Source of the DNA: Candidatus Thorarchaeota archaeon
Lineage (GTDB): Archaea; Asgardarchaeota; Thorarchaeia; Thorarchaeales; Thorarchaeaceae
DNA length: 64,000 nt
Assembly: GCA_003345595.1 (NCBI GenBank)
Contig: PRDI01000075.1
Coordinates: 11,276 to 75,275, forward strand
Direction of reading: 5' to 3'
Shown one piece after another: positions 48,373 to 58,328 of the stretch (positions within the stretch are counted from its first letter, which is position 1; every line of letters begins with the position of its first letter). The notes below the pieces were generated by a model. That model ran no database searches and was not told where the DNA came from. It was given only the letters and a program-made list of their open reading frames with translations. A program made the translations under genes and the position numbers.

Positions 48373-48945
48373 TTGAAGCGGGTCTTGGTATTGGGTGACA
48401 CTCATATTCCGAAGCGCCGGGACTCCATACCTCCCGCTTTCTTTGAACACATCCGTATGAGCAGCTACGACTTGGCCCTCATCACAGGTGACCTCGTACG
48501 CGAGAGTGACATGAGAAAGGCGATGCCTCCGTTGCCCCAATGCGTCATAGTTCGTGGCAACATGGACCTAGAAACGAAATACAATCTGCAGGAATTGGTT
48601 CAGATTGACGACTTCCGTATTCTTTTGCTCCACGGGACTCAAGTAGACCCGCGTGGGGACCTCTCTCAGCTTGGAGAGATTGCCCGTGAGAGCGATGCTG
48701 ATGTCACTGTCCACGGTCATACGCATGAAGAAGCGATAGACCTGCTCGATGGGCGGCTGTTCCTGAATCCGGGAACGATCTCTGGTTCTACAGGCGGCTG
48801 GGCGGGACGAGTAGACGCGAGTTTCATGGAGCTCGTCGTTTCACCCGGCCATATAGGAGTGACTCTCTATCACACCGACTGGGTCGACATTAGAGAATCG
48901 AAGACTGCCTACCTCAAGACCAGCAAAGGAATATCCAAGGCATGA
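48373..48945 (+). CDS. Vps29-like/YfcE metallophosphoesterase
   Basis: VLGDTHIP.R, TGDL, VRGNMD, HG.QV.PRGD, GHTH, NPG, SF. Confidence 0.88.
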   Translation: MKRVLVLGDTHIPKRRDSIPPAFFEHIRMSSYDLALITGDLVRESDMRKAMPPLPQCVIVRGNMDLETKYNLQELVQIDDFRILLLHGTQVDPRGDLSQLGEIARESDADVTVHGHTHEEAIDLLDGRLFLNPGTISGSTGGWAGRVDASFMELVVSPGHIGVTLYHTDWVDIRESKTAYLKTSKGISKA

Positions 48946-48956
48946 ATGAAACTCGG

Positions 48957-49604
48957 CTACCCTTCATCGCTCTTCTCGATATTCAATCCCCAAGGATCAG
49001 GACTCAACAGACCTGCGAATAGCTGCTTGAGTACTCTCACACTCTCAGCCAATGCTGCACTGATGACCTTTTCATTAAGCACACCGGTTTCATCCATACG
49101 GGAACCAAAGTTCTGTGAGAGAGGTGAGTCATATCGTTCACGCGAGGAGGAACCTGCAGTCCTTGTTACTGGCCCTAGTGACTTGACAGCCTCTTCTATC
49201 TCCTCCACTGGGGAAACGTCACGGTTGAATCTGAGTCGCTTAAAGAAGTGCATGAGGGCCTGTTTGACCGCTGGCCCTGTCAAGGACTCATCTCCAAGTC
49301 TCGATACTAGGCTCAATGCTCCGTGTTTCAGTTGCTCCCCTACGATGCTCTGTACCCTTTCGGCAAACGTCCGGTCCCCACCGCAGGCTATGCCAATGGC
49401 AATCAGGAGCATTCGTATTCTGTCGAGGAAGACACCAGCATCAGGGGCTGTGTTCGCGTGCCCTCTCATGGATGCACGCCAGTCATCATAAGCCTGGCTT
49501 ATCCTCTCGAGCTGACCTCTATATCCGGTCAGCTTCTGGAGGTCCTCGAATGGTATCAGAGGACACCATACCGGAGCTGAGTTGTGTTCAGGCTCGGGGG
49601 TCAT
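48957..49604 (-). CDS. Hypothetical helical protein
   Basis: 215-aa ORF with ATG start and TATA-like element upstream; no family recognised. Confidence 0.65.
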   Translation of the reverse strand: MTPEPEHNSAPVWCPLIPFEDLQKLTGYRGQLERISQAYDDWRASMRGHANTAPDAGVFLDRIRMLLIAIGIACGGDRTFAERVQSIVGEQLKHGALSLVSRLGDESLTGPAVKQALMHFFKRLRFNRDVSPVEEIEEAVKSLGPVTRTAGSSSRERYDSPLSQNFGSRMDETGVLNEKVISAALAESVRVLKQLFAGLLSPDPWGLNIEKSDEG

Positions 49605-49743
49605 GGCAATCTTCGGTGTGACTGAGCATTATGAGTCTTTGGCGTACGTTGCTGCTTTCGGTTCATGTGTGCAGGCCAATAATACATGAATCGACTTGCG
49701 TCAGCCGAATGTCTTGTAACCATATGAGTAGAGTCAACTGGCA

Positions 49744-50046
49744 GTGATGAAAGTGGGAAAGAAAACAGTCACAATAGAGGTCATGAGCATACTAGGCGAA
49801 GGCAAGTGTTCTCTTGGGCAGAGAGTCGGTGATATCTTTAGATATCCCCAGGATCTGAACAGGCTTTGCCCCAATGCCTTTCACATCTTATATCCGTGGA
49901 TACTGGTTCTGGAATCGGGCGGTACTTTTCCTTTCTTTGGTGACAATGGTGACAGTGTGACTCTCGGTTGTTCTGACTACAGACACCAGGTAGTCTTTAG
50001 AATCACTCGAACGCGGTCGCGGGAACCAACAGAGAGAAGAGAGTAA
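49744..50046 (+). CDS. TIGR04076 family protein
   Basis: GKC..G..VGD, LCPNAF..LYP, GG, C.D...VVFRI. Confidence 0.8.
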   Translation: MMKVGKKTVTIEVMSILGEGKCSLGQRVGDIFRYPQDLNRLCPNAFHILYPWILVLESGGTFPFFGDNGDSVTLGCSDYRHQVVFRITRTRSREPTERRE

Positions 50047-50152
50047 TGGCGCCGCCGAGAGGGCTCGAACCTCTGACCAACAACTGTCTGGCGTTCGCTT
50101 TGACTAGCAGGACGGTAACAGGCTGTCGCTCTGCCGACTGAGCCACGGCGGC
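50047..50152 (-). tRNA. tRNA-Asn(GTT) with 30-nt canonical intron
   Basis: GCCGCCG/CGGCGGC acceptor, ACAGC/GTTGT anticodon stem, intron 50086-50115 at 37/38, encoded CCA. Confidence 0.92.
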
Positions 50153-50269
50153 CTTCTTGCGGAGTCGTGACCACGGTCACACAATATTAACATTGCTGTC
50201 TAGTTCGATGGAGTGGGCTCGGCTTCGAGCTTGACCCTCATGGCTCTTCTGGCGCGAACTCCCGCAGAC

Positions 50270-50570
50270 CGGTCATCTAGTATCATCATCACAAAACGAA
50301 TCATCGGATTCATCGTAGCGGCTCTCTCAAAGCCTTCCGCGCGAATCCTGGGAATCGCTTCATTACTCACGACAGAAACCATTGCTCCAGTCGCAAATGC
50401 CAACTCATACAGGAGCAAATGGAGAGAGTGCGACGATTGACACCTAGACGAATCTCCAGATCCTGTCAAGCAGTATGCGGGTGGCGCTCAACCCTGTCGC
50501 CCCACCTGCAATCCGACTGTCTAGAAGGTCAGTTGCCATTATGTCGGACAAGAACAGCATGGCCTTCTAC
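50270..50570 (-). pseudogene. Degraded ZIP/ZupT metal transporter fragment
   Basis: LAFATGAMVSVVSNEAIP...ERAAT...FVMMILD resembles the ZIP C-terminus; upstream part has stops/frameshifts; boundaries approximate. Confidence 0.65.
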
Positions 50571-50631
50571 CGCCCGTCACTGAAAATCGTCAGGGAGTAT
50601 GAAGCAGTTGTCCGACTGTCATAGTAGATTG

Positions 50632-50737
50632 TGGTGGGCCCGGGGGGACTTGAACCCCCGGCGGGCAGGTTATGAGCCTGCTGCTTACGGCGCTCGCTCT
50701 GGAACGAGTGGGCTCTACCAAGCTGAGCTACGGGCCC
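50632..50737 (-). tRNA. tRNA(CAT), probably Ile2, with 29-nt D-arm intron
   Basis: GGGCCCG/CGGGCCC acceptor (Ile-type), GCAGG-CTCATAA-CCTGC, intron about 50686-50714, encoded CCA. Confidence 0.85.
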
Positions 50738-50975
50738 CTGTCGCTTGCCGATTAGCAGACAACAGCCGCTGCAATCGTGATATTAACATTACGAAAGTGG
50801 GCGCCAGTGCGACTATTCCGGACGCTGATTGAGTTCATCCTGTGCTGTCTCTTGTATGTCGTGCAGGCCATACGCGACGAGGATTGCGCAATCCTTGGCG
50901 CAGAATCCACTTGTCTTCTTCCGACTTTATATGAAACGGTCAACACTATGAGAAAAGCCGACTCTGGTAATTCGA

Positions 50976-51434
50976 ATGATTCTCCTATTCACCTCCGAAC
51001 ATTGCACCATGTGTGATATGGTCAAAGACATGCTGGAAGAAGAGAAGGGCACTCTGTTTGACGGCACCACCATATACGAGGTGAATGTGGAGAAACACCA
51101 TCACATTGCAGAGGTCTATGGTGTTGTGATGGTGCCCACACTTGTGGCGGGCTCTAGCGTGCTGTCAGGTGTGCCCTGCCCGAACGAACTGAGGTCGTTT
51201 CTTCTTCAAGCTGTCATTGGCAGTCATTCTTACGATGAGGACGAGGACGCGGGATCTGTCTTGACTCCAGTGGTTCATCTGCAACAGCTGGAGTCCTCTT
51301 CGAAGACTCGTAGGGCTCGCAAGATACTGAAGTCAAGAACCACGCTAGTTTCGAATCGACGCGGAGGTCTAGCAGAGACTGCGGGTTTCAAGGGATGCAG
51401 AGAGGAGCCGCCAGGGCCTGCACTCCGCCAATGA
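50976..51434 (+). CDS. Thioredoxin-family protein with C-terminal extension
   Basis: LFTSEHCTMC, YGV..VPTL cis-Pro motif. Confidence 0.75.
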   Translation: MILLFTSEHCTMCDMVKDMLEEEKGTLFDGTTIYEVNVEKHHHIAEVYGVVMVPTLVAGSSVLSGVPCPNELRSFLLQAVIGSHSYDEDEDAGSVLTPVVHLQQLESSSKTRRARKILKSRTTLVSNRRGGLAETAGFKGCREEPPGPALRQ

Positions 51435-51495
51435 GTGGCACTGCTGTCATTTCTGCATAACCTTAATAACTGCTTCAAGAAGTCCGGTCGTCTGC

Positions 51496-51573
51496 GCCCC
51501 GGTGGTGTAGTCCGGCCCAGCATTGGGGACTTTCGCTCCCCCGACCCGGGTTCGAATCCCGGCCGGGGCACCA
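51496..51573 (+). tRNA. tRNA-Glu(TTC)
   Basis: GCCCCGG/CCGGGGC acceptor, GGGGA-CTTTCGC-TCCCC, GTTCGAATC, CCA; TTAATAA box upstream. Confidence 0.95.
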
Positions 51574-51605
51574 ATGTCTTCTGGGAAACGACGTGGTGCT
51601 CTGTT

Positions 51606-52463
51606 TCAGGCCAGTGTCAGACTCATACTGAAGTCGGACGACGTGTATGAGTGCGTGAGTGCGCCTGATGAAATCACGTCGACTCCGCTCTTCGCAAATG
51701 CTCTTGCATTGCTCTCATCAATTCCTCCAGAGGCTTCCAGAATCACTCTCGCGCGTAATCCTCTCTGAGTGAGGACAGTGTGTACGTTCTCGATCTCCTT
51801 AGGAGTGAAGTTGTCGAGAAGGACTATGTCCACACCTGTTTCAGCGGCCTGAATCGCCTCTTGTAGGTTCCTCACTTCGCACGAGATCTTCTTCGTGAAT
51901 GATACGCGTTCTCTTGCTGCACGTATCGCTTGGGCTACACCCCCTACAACCGCGATATGATTGTTCTTGATGATCACCATATCATCGAGCGCGTAGCGGT
52001 GTGGGTCGCCGCCTCCTACTTCCACAGCGCGCTTCTCGAAGTACCTGAAGCCTGGTGTGGTCTTTCGAGTGGCTGCCACAATGACCTTTGGGTTCTCCTT
52101 CCTTGCGGACTGTACCATGTTGTACGTTGTTGTGGCTATGCCGCTCATACGCATGACTATGTTGAGCACTACTCTCTCCACGACCAGCAAGGTCTTTGCA
52201 GGTCCTTTGAAGCGAATCACAGGTTCCCTCGGTCCAACCCAGTTTCCCTCGAAGGCCAAGACCTCACAGGTGATCCCGTATAGGTCTGCGATTGCAGCAG
52301 CCTCCTCGACACCAGCCAGAATCGTCCTGCTCTTGGCGATTACTGTGGCGATGCCTGTCGCATTCAAAGGTCCCAAGGCTTCCGTGGTTATGTCCCCGGA
52401 CCTGATGTCCTCCTCCAAGAACATCTTCAACTTCTCAATGATAGCAGGAGGAAGTCCTTTCAT
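51606..52463 (-). CDS. nadC: Nicotinate-nucleotide diphosphorylase (carboxylating)
   Basis: EDIRSGDIT, ATRKTTPG, HRYAL, LLDNF, EASGGI, ISSGALTHS. Confidence 0.96.
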   Translation of the reverse strand: MKGLPPAIIEKLKMFLEEDIRSGDITTEALGPLNATGIATVIAKSRTILAGVEEAAAIADLYGITCEVLAFEGNWVGPREPVIRFKGPAKTLLVVERVVLNIVMRMSGIATTTYNMVQSARKENPKVIVAATRKTTPGFRYFEKRAVEVGGGDPHRYALDDMVIIKNNHIAVVGGVAQAIRAARERVSFTKKISCEVRNLQEAIQAAETGVDIVLLDNFTPKEIENVHTVLTQRGLRARVILEASGGIDESNARAFAKSGVDVISSGALTHSYTSSDFSMSLTLA

Positions 52464-52479
52464 TCATAGTCCTCCTTCA

Positions 52480-53109
52480 TTATACTCTCGGGTGCTGCGG
52501 ATTCCTCACCACATTACCACGCGGCTTTTCTTCTCCGAAGATCTCCGCTTGGAACGACATGAACTCGGTCTTGGGGTCCAACCACATATTAGCAGGAAGA
52601 CCTGCCTTGTTGCATGTCTGTTCCAAGAATTCCTTGACGCCCCATCCCCACTCTACTGGCACTTGAGGTAGGAGCAGTCCTCTTCTTCCTCCTCTGCTCA
52701 CTATGAGACCGTCACGACCAATCTCAACAAGATCTAGGAGGTCTGTTGGGTCTGAGCACTTTATCTTCTGTGGAGGAGTCAGGATGCTCAGTTCAACCAG
52801 TATTGAGTCGAATTCTTTCACAGAAACTGGACTGAAGCGAAAATCATTGGACGCAGCATCCACCGCCGAGTCAATTGTAGCTTCGACAAGTGGTTGAGTC
52901 GGGTACGGCCGGCCGATGCACCCTCTCAGCGTTACACTATCACCCCTGGTCGCATTCAAGGTCACGAAGACACCCGATTCCTTCCTCAGGTGGCTTGGAG
53001 TATCGGCAGGCACATCAGGCTTCCTTCGAAGCCGCACGTAGTCTTCAACAGTCTGTCTGGCGAGCTTGACAAGGAATACCCCGTCAGCGTCCGAGTACAC
53101 ATGTGACAA
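52480..53109 (-). CDS. AMMECR1/TIGR00296 family protein
   Basis: GVFVTL, LRGCIG, GRDGL, GLLLPQV, FQAEIF. Confidence 0.93.
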   Translation of the reverse strand: MSHVYSDADGVFLVKLARQTVEDYVRLRRKPDVPADTPSHLRKESGVFVTLNATRGDSVTLRGCIGRPYPTQPLVEATIDSAVDAASNDFRFSPVSVKEFDSILVELSILTPPQKIKCSDPTDLLDLVEIGRDGLIVSRGGRRGLLLPQVPVEWGWGVKEFLEQTCNKAGLPANMWLDPKTEFMSFQAEIFGEEKPRGNVVRNPQHPRV

Positions 53110-53167
53110 GTGGCATCAACTCGTTGTGTCGGTGGTAGCATGGTATGCCGTTATCCTTTTCGCATCT

Positions 53168-54484
53168 TCATCTGGTAGCTCTGACGGGTACTCTTCCCGC
53201 TGTCCCTTGGCCCACCATGAATTTTCCGTAGCTATACACGAGTTCGCCACCCACGAAGGTCATGACAGGGCGTGCGAGCACCCGTCTTCCCTCAAATGGG
53301 GTGACTCTTGCCTTTGACTGGAAGTCTGCGCCACGAATAACAGTCTCCTCTCTCTGGACTACCGTAATGTCTGCATCATAGCCCTTTGTCAGCACTCCCT
53401 TGTTACCGATCCGTAGTACCCATGCAGGAGCCGAACAACAGCATCTCAAGTAGTCCACCCACGGCAACCGGCCATCAAAGACCTCTGTCAACATAAGCGG
53501 CACAAGTGTTTCCAGCCCAGGTATGCCCGAGGCCGCCTTCAGAAACGGTACGAGCTTCTCTTGGTCGGTGTGGGGTGCATGATCGGACACTACACAGTCA
53601 ATAGAACATTGACCGGAGAGAGCATGTCTAAGCCACTCACTGTCCTGTCGTGTACGAAGTGGGGGAAGCACTTTTGCAGTGCCATCTGAATCTATGAAGT
53701 CGCTACCCGCCAGAAGCAGATGGTGTGGCGTGACTTCTGCTGTCAAGCTCTTCTCTGCCCTGTGCTCTCCTATCAGTCGGGCCGCACTCTCGCAGCTGAC
53801 GTGACACACGTGCAGACGTCCCCCAATCTCAGAATGAGCGCTCAGAAACAGCTTTATCGACTTGGCCTCATTATCACAGCTATGAAGGGCGAGAAAGTCA
53901 TTCAGGTCTTCTGGTACAGCACCCGGCTTTGAAGAGTCAGGATGGAACAACAGTGGCAAATCCAGTTCGAAGCAGATTCTCATACAGTCAAGGGCCCGCT
54001 GCGGGCCAGTTCGCGTCCCCTGTACCAGTGGGGAATGAGGGTACTCTTTTACGCCGAGTATGTTGGGGGTAATGGACGCATCGAAGTCCGCGGCCTTCTT
54101 TGGCACACCCGCATAGAAGCCGACATTGACAAAGCGTTTCTCTTGTGCACTAGTGATTTTCTCCTCAAGCACTCTCGATGTGAGGACAGGTGGATCCGAG
54201 TTTGGCATGTCGACAACAGTCGTCACGCCGCCTGCAGCGGCGGCTCTAGTCCCAGTCATATAGTCCTCCTTGTTTGATTGCCCCAAGTCACGTAGATGCA
54301 CATGGATGTCGATTGCCCCGGGAAGGACATATAGACCGCTACAATCGACTGTTTCCTGAGCGGCGGGCTCATTGCCAACTACATAGACCGCCTCGATTTT
54401 GCCTGCCTTGACACCAAGCGAACGTGCCGTTTCCTTTCCATCAACTATCACAGTACCGTTCTTCAGGAGGAGGTCTACAGACAT
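53168..54484 (-). CDS. pyrC: Dihydroorotase-family cyclic amidohydrolase
   Basis: PGAIDIHVHLRD, AAAGGVTT, DMPN, HVCHVS, EVTPHHL, PPLR, SDHAPH. Confidence 0.85.
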   Translation of the reverse strand: MSVDLLLKNGTVIVDGKETARSLGVKAGKIEAVYVVGNEPAAQETVDCSGLYVLPGAIDIHVHLRDLGQSNKEDYMTGTRAAAAGGVTTVVDMPNSDPPVLTSRVLEEKITSAQEKRFVNVGFYAGVPKKAADFDASITPNILGVKEYPHSPLVQGTRTGPQRALDCMRICFELDLPLLFHPDSSKPGAVPEDLNDFLALHSCDNEAKSIKLFLSAHSEIGGRLHVCHVSCESAARLIGEHRAEKSLTAEVTPHHLLLAGSDFIDSDGTAKVLPPLRTRQDSEWLRHALSGQCSIDCVVSDHAPHTDQEKLVPFLKAASGIPGLETLVPLMLTEVFDGRLPWVDYLRCCCSAPAWVLRIGNKGVLTKGYDADITVVQREETVIRGADFQSKARVTPFEGRRVLARPVMTFVGGELVYSYGKFMVGQGTAGRVPVRATR

Positions 54485-54526
54485 CTGCGGTGGACGCCAC
54501 CCCTGTACAGTACAGAATGGACCCTG

Positions 54527-55351
54527 TTAAGTCTGCTTCGGCGGCACTGGCACCTTGAACTTGTTCGCCACAAAGCGCGTGAAGTCTGTTGCACCGACTA
54601 TGCCGACGAGCTTGTTGCCCTTAGTGACGACTGGGAGCGTGTTCAGGTAAGCATCGAGCATCCTAGTGGCCGCTTTGGATATTGGCTCCTCAGGGTCTGC
54701 CACTGGGGGTTGCTGCATCATAGCATCTACCACTCGAATCATTCTCACTTGGTTAGCACGGTACTTGTCTGGCACTTCCACGCTAAATCTGGCTAGAGCC
54801 TGTGCCACAGTCTTCTCAGTGAGGAGACCAAGGACACGGTCCTTTTCTGTGACAGGCATCCCAGAATAGCCAGCTGTAAGCATGTCCGAACGAGCTCTTA
54901 TGAGTCGTTCCACAGGTCCGACAGTCAGAAGCCCCTGCTTTGTCATGAGCTCCTTGACCTTCACATTCTCAATCTTCTTGACAAGTGCAGAGATTTCAGC
55001 CTTCGTTATCACGCCGACCAGCTTGCCTTCCTTGTCAATGACTGGACATCCACTCATGCCCCTATCTACCATCAGTTGCGCTACATCCGTGATATCGTCT
55101 GTAGGCGATGCAGTGATCACAGTTTCAGTCATTGCGCTTGACACATGAAGCCTTCCAATAGAAACAGCTACGACCTTGCTTACTCCGAGTCGGTCGGCAA
55201 TGTCCGCATACGTGAGAATCCCCCTCAGTTCATTGCCTTCAGTCACAATCAACCTGTCAACACGTTTCTTCTCAAGGAGATCGAGGGCATAGGACAGTCT
55301 CTGGTCTTTTGCAATAGTCACTGGTTCAGTCATTATCTGAGATACTTCCAC
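54527..55351 (-). CDS. CBS-domain protein (4 CBS)
   Basis: Tandem CBS repeats; LHVSSAMT motif. Confidence 0.9.
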   Translation of the reverse strand: MEVSQIMTEPVTIAKDQRLSYALDLLEKKRVDRLIVTEGNELRGILTYADIADRLGVSKVVAVSIGRLHVSSAMTETVITASPTDDITDVAQLMVDRGMSGCPVIDKEGKLVGVITKAEISALVKKIENVKVKELMTKQGLLTVGPVERLIRARSDMLTAGYSGMPVTEKDRVLGLLTEKTVAQALARFSVEVPDKYRANQVRMIRVVDAMMQQPPVADPEEPISKAATRMLDAYLNTLPVVTKGNKLVGIVGATDFTRFVANKFKVPVPPKQT

Positions 55352-55410
55352 TACATGGGCCTCCTACATCATACTTGGGTGCGCACATCACGTGGCACTG
55401 TTCAACCAAT

Positions 55411-55983
55411 TCAGCTACGACACGCTTCGCAGAGGTACCGACCATCTTCCATGACCAAGTCCGTCGAGTACTCGCCACAGTTGTCGCATATGCCTCCATA
55501 AGCCACCACTTCGTCCTCCTCCTCCTCTTCATCAAACGGTCTTTGCATCCCATCTGCTTTCATTCTGAGCGATTCAACTAGGATGTCAATCAGCTCTGGC
55601 GACCATCGGAGGATGTCTCTCGAAGTCACAATGCCTACGAGGGAGTCATTCTTGAGCACAGCGACTCGACGAATCCCGCTTCTGGCCATCACCCGCATGG
55701 CCTCGGTCAGAGAAGTGTCCATTGTAACGTGAATCAGTGGCGAGCTCATGATTTGATTCGCCTTGGTCGTCTGGGGGTCCAGCTCCCTTGCTATCACCCT
55801 GCGCACAAGATCTTCTTCAGTAATGATACCTACTGGTCGTTCCCTGCTCACCACAATGATTGAGCTGATATCTGCCTTGGTCATTGACTTGGCAACATCA
55901 AGGGCCGTCGCGTCGGGTGGCATCGTGACTACTTGAGAAGTCATGATGTCCCTCACGGACATATCGTGCGCCGATCCAGCCAT
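55411..55983 (-). CDS. CBS-pair protein with C-terminal zinc ribbon
   Basis: Two CBS domains, acidic linker, GICDNCG...LCEAC. Confidence 0.9.
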   Translation of the reverse strand: MAGSAHDMSVRDIMTSQVVTMPPDATALDVAKSMTKADISSIIVVSRERPVGIITEEDLVRRVIARELDPQTTKANQIMSSPLIHVTMDTSLTEAMRVMARSGIRRVAVLKNDSLVGIVTSRDILRWSPELIDILVESLRMKADGMQRPFDEEEEEDEVVAYGGICDNCGEYSTDLVMEDGRYLCEACRS

Positions 55984-56141
55984 AGAAGCGACCTCAGTTC
56001 ATTAGGAAGTCGGTCCGACACTCCGGGTCAGAGAGCTTCTCTGACCTACCCTCCGGGCCAACTTATTAAATCTGTCTGTGCAAATGACCTGCAGCAAGGC
56101 TGATCCATCAACACTGCTCAGCACTTGCAGTCTTGCTTGTT

Positions 56142-58157
56142 TCATGATAGTAGGTCGCCATTTCCTGGAGGAAGCATGCGCATCAAGTCTTCTTCAGGCA
56201 TGCGTGAAATGAGGCGTGCTCGGTCATCTTCCAGCATTCGTCCAATGTGGCCCAAAATCTCCTTGACAAGCTGTCCCTTGCTCGTTCTTCCTGGGACTAC
56301 TCTGACATGATATGGAGTAGAAACAGACACGGCAGAAGTCGGTCCCGAAACAGGCAGCACGTAGTCCTCCTCAAACACCACTCCCACCGCAATCTCAACA
56401 GGAACGCCCCTGATGTAGTTCTTCGTTCCGTAGAGCATGACTGCTCCTTGGGGCAAATACTCCCCTGTGGGTGGAGTGAAGCTCACCTGTTCAGGGTTAA
56501 CCCAGTACGCATCACCAGTAGACAAACCGTCCTGCCAAGCACTTGAGAACGACACTGCAAACTGGGCTGCTTCCAACAGAGTCTGCTGTCCTGGCGGTTG
56601 ATCTGGGACTTTGATAACGACATATGGGGCTCCGTGCAGTGCGGCATGAAGGAAGACATCGTTTGCAGCCATTTGCCTCTTTGCCAGAAGTTCGTTGCTC
56701 TTAGCGTCGCGGCCCCCAAGCACGAGGAAGCCCTCTGATGAGAAGAACCAACGAAATCTCTCGTACCATTTCTGTTTTCTGGCCCTGAGTGGGCCTCTCG
56801 TTTCTGGAGCCTTCTCCACAGTTTTCTGCATCTCTACAAGCTGGACCTGTGTCTTCTCAATCTGGCTCTCAGCTCCCTCTGCTTTCGCTTCTGCTCTCTT
56901 TGCCTGTTCATAGGCGGCTGCAGCATTGTCCTGAGCACTCAGTCGTACATCGAGTGTCACGCTCGTGCCACTCAGGTCCATGACAATCTGAGCCTCCGAA
57001 GGCATTATTCTCTTGATTATGGCCGCTGACTTGAGGCTCTTCTTCTTTCCCTTCTCGATTCTCTGGACTATCTCCTCCCAAGAGAGCCCGCCAGCCCGCG
57101 CCTTTGTGATTGTTTCGAGCACTTCTTGGACTGTTTGGAGATGAGCGTAGATGAGTTCGCCAGATACTCTCAATTCCTCCGCCTTTGTCCTGAGAGTCGA
57201 AACGCTCTCCTGTTGCTTATCAATGATTGTCTGTAGTCGGTTTCTCTCCTTCGCCAGAGCACCATCAGTCTCCTCCTCTGGCTTCTCTGATTCCGTGACA
57301 CCGAAGAAGTTGTCAATAGCTTGGCTGAACGTATCGAACCCTTTTACTGGGTGCCCCCGGTAGAACTGGAATTCGAAAGGGAGGAATGCTATGGGGCTTT
57401 GTTCAGTCTGTCCTTCATCGGGTTCCTCCAAAACCACGCGGGGCTCTCTCACACCTGCTTTGAGTCTGTCGGCATACTGTTGAAGCCCTGCTCTGAGATC
57501 CGCAAGCGTTTTCTCATCGAGGTCAGAGGCCATCGCTTTCGAGGATACACCTGCCAAGGTGCAGATCTCTTCGCAGCTGAGAGCATCCAAGTTGAGCCTG
57601 CTGGCGAGCGTGCGGACCACGTTTGCCTTTGAATCAGACATGACGTCTTGGAGGGAGTAGTTGTCTAAGGCGAGTACATCAACCCCTCGCGGTGGTGGGA
57701 GATCGTATTTCGCCTTTGGTACAAGATCACGGTCTCGCATTCTCTTGTAGTGCTGTGCCACAAAGATCCTGTCATCGGAGTCTAGCAGTATCAGATTGCC
57801 GTCACCAAAGAGTTCGGCCACGAGCTTGTGTGTCCCGGAATCATCTCCCACTTCCAGTACCACAATCCTGTCGAGGTCATGCTGTTTCAGACTGATGACT
57901 CTCTTGTCACGTAAGTACTTCCGAAGGACGGTCACGAACTTCGAAGGGGTCTTCGGGGCCACTCTCTGAAACTCCGTGAGATGAATCCGGCGGCCTGGTT
58001 CAATGAGTAGTTGACTGTTTCCAACAATCGGCTGGTAGAGCTTCAATATGAATACCTGACCATGGCTGTAGATGTTTTTGATGAAGGCTCCTTCTGACGC
58101 TTTCCGCGCTTCTGGAAGGACTAACATGATGTCTGTGTTGCTCATCGCGTCTTTCAT
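56142..58157 (-). CDS. rqcH: Ribosome quality control factor Rqc2/NEMF (NFACT)
   Basis: LRKYL, DRI, ELFGDGN, WYERFRWF, GGRDAKSNE, HA..HGAP, PEQVS. Confidence 0.94.
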   Translation of the reverse strand: MKDAMSNTDIMLVLPEARKASEGAFIKNIYSHGQVFILKLYQPIVGNSQLLIEPGRRIHLTEFQRVAPKTPSKFVTVLRKYLRDKRVISLKQHDLDRIVVLEVGDDSGTHKLVAELFGDGNLILLDSDDRIFVAQHYKRMRDRDLVPKAKYDLPPPRGVDVLALDNYSLQDVMSDSKANVVRTLASRLNLDALSCEEICTLAGVSSKAMASDLDEKTLADLRAGLQQYADRLKAGVREPRVVLEEPDEGQTEQSPIAFLPFEFQFYRGHPVKGFDTFSQAIDNFFGVTESEKPEEETDGALAKERNRLQTIIDKQQESVSTLRTKAEELRVSGELIYAHLQTVQEVLETITKARAGGLSWEEIVQRIEKGKKKSLKSAAIIKRIMPSEAQIVMDLSGTSVTLDVRLSAQDNAAAAYEQAKRAEAKAEGAESQIEKTQVQLVEMQKTVEKAPETRGPLRARKQKWYERFRWFFSSEGFLVLGGRDAKSNELLAKRQMAANDVFLHAALHGAPYVVIKVPDQPPGQQTLLEAAQFAVSFSSAWQDGLSTGDAYWVNPEQVSFTPPTGEYLPQGAVMLYGTKNYIRGVPVEIAVGVVFEEDYVLPVSGPTSAVSVSTPYHVRVVPGRTSKGQLVKEILGHIGRMLEDDRARLISRMPEEDLMRMLPPGNGDLLS

Positions 58158-58328
58158 GAAGCATCCACCTGCACGCTAAATCTTTCAGTCATACTCCAGT
58201 TCTCGCAACTCGTTTCTGACATCCAACCGAAAATAACTGAGGTCATCTGTGTACAGTATTGTCAGTTCTGAACGATACGATTATAACTTGGTCGATTGCT
58301 CTGGCATTTGCCCGGCGGTTGGTCAGAC

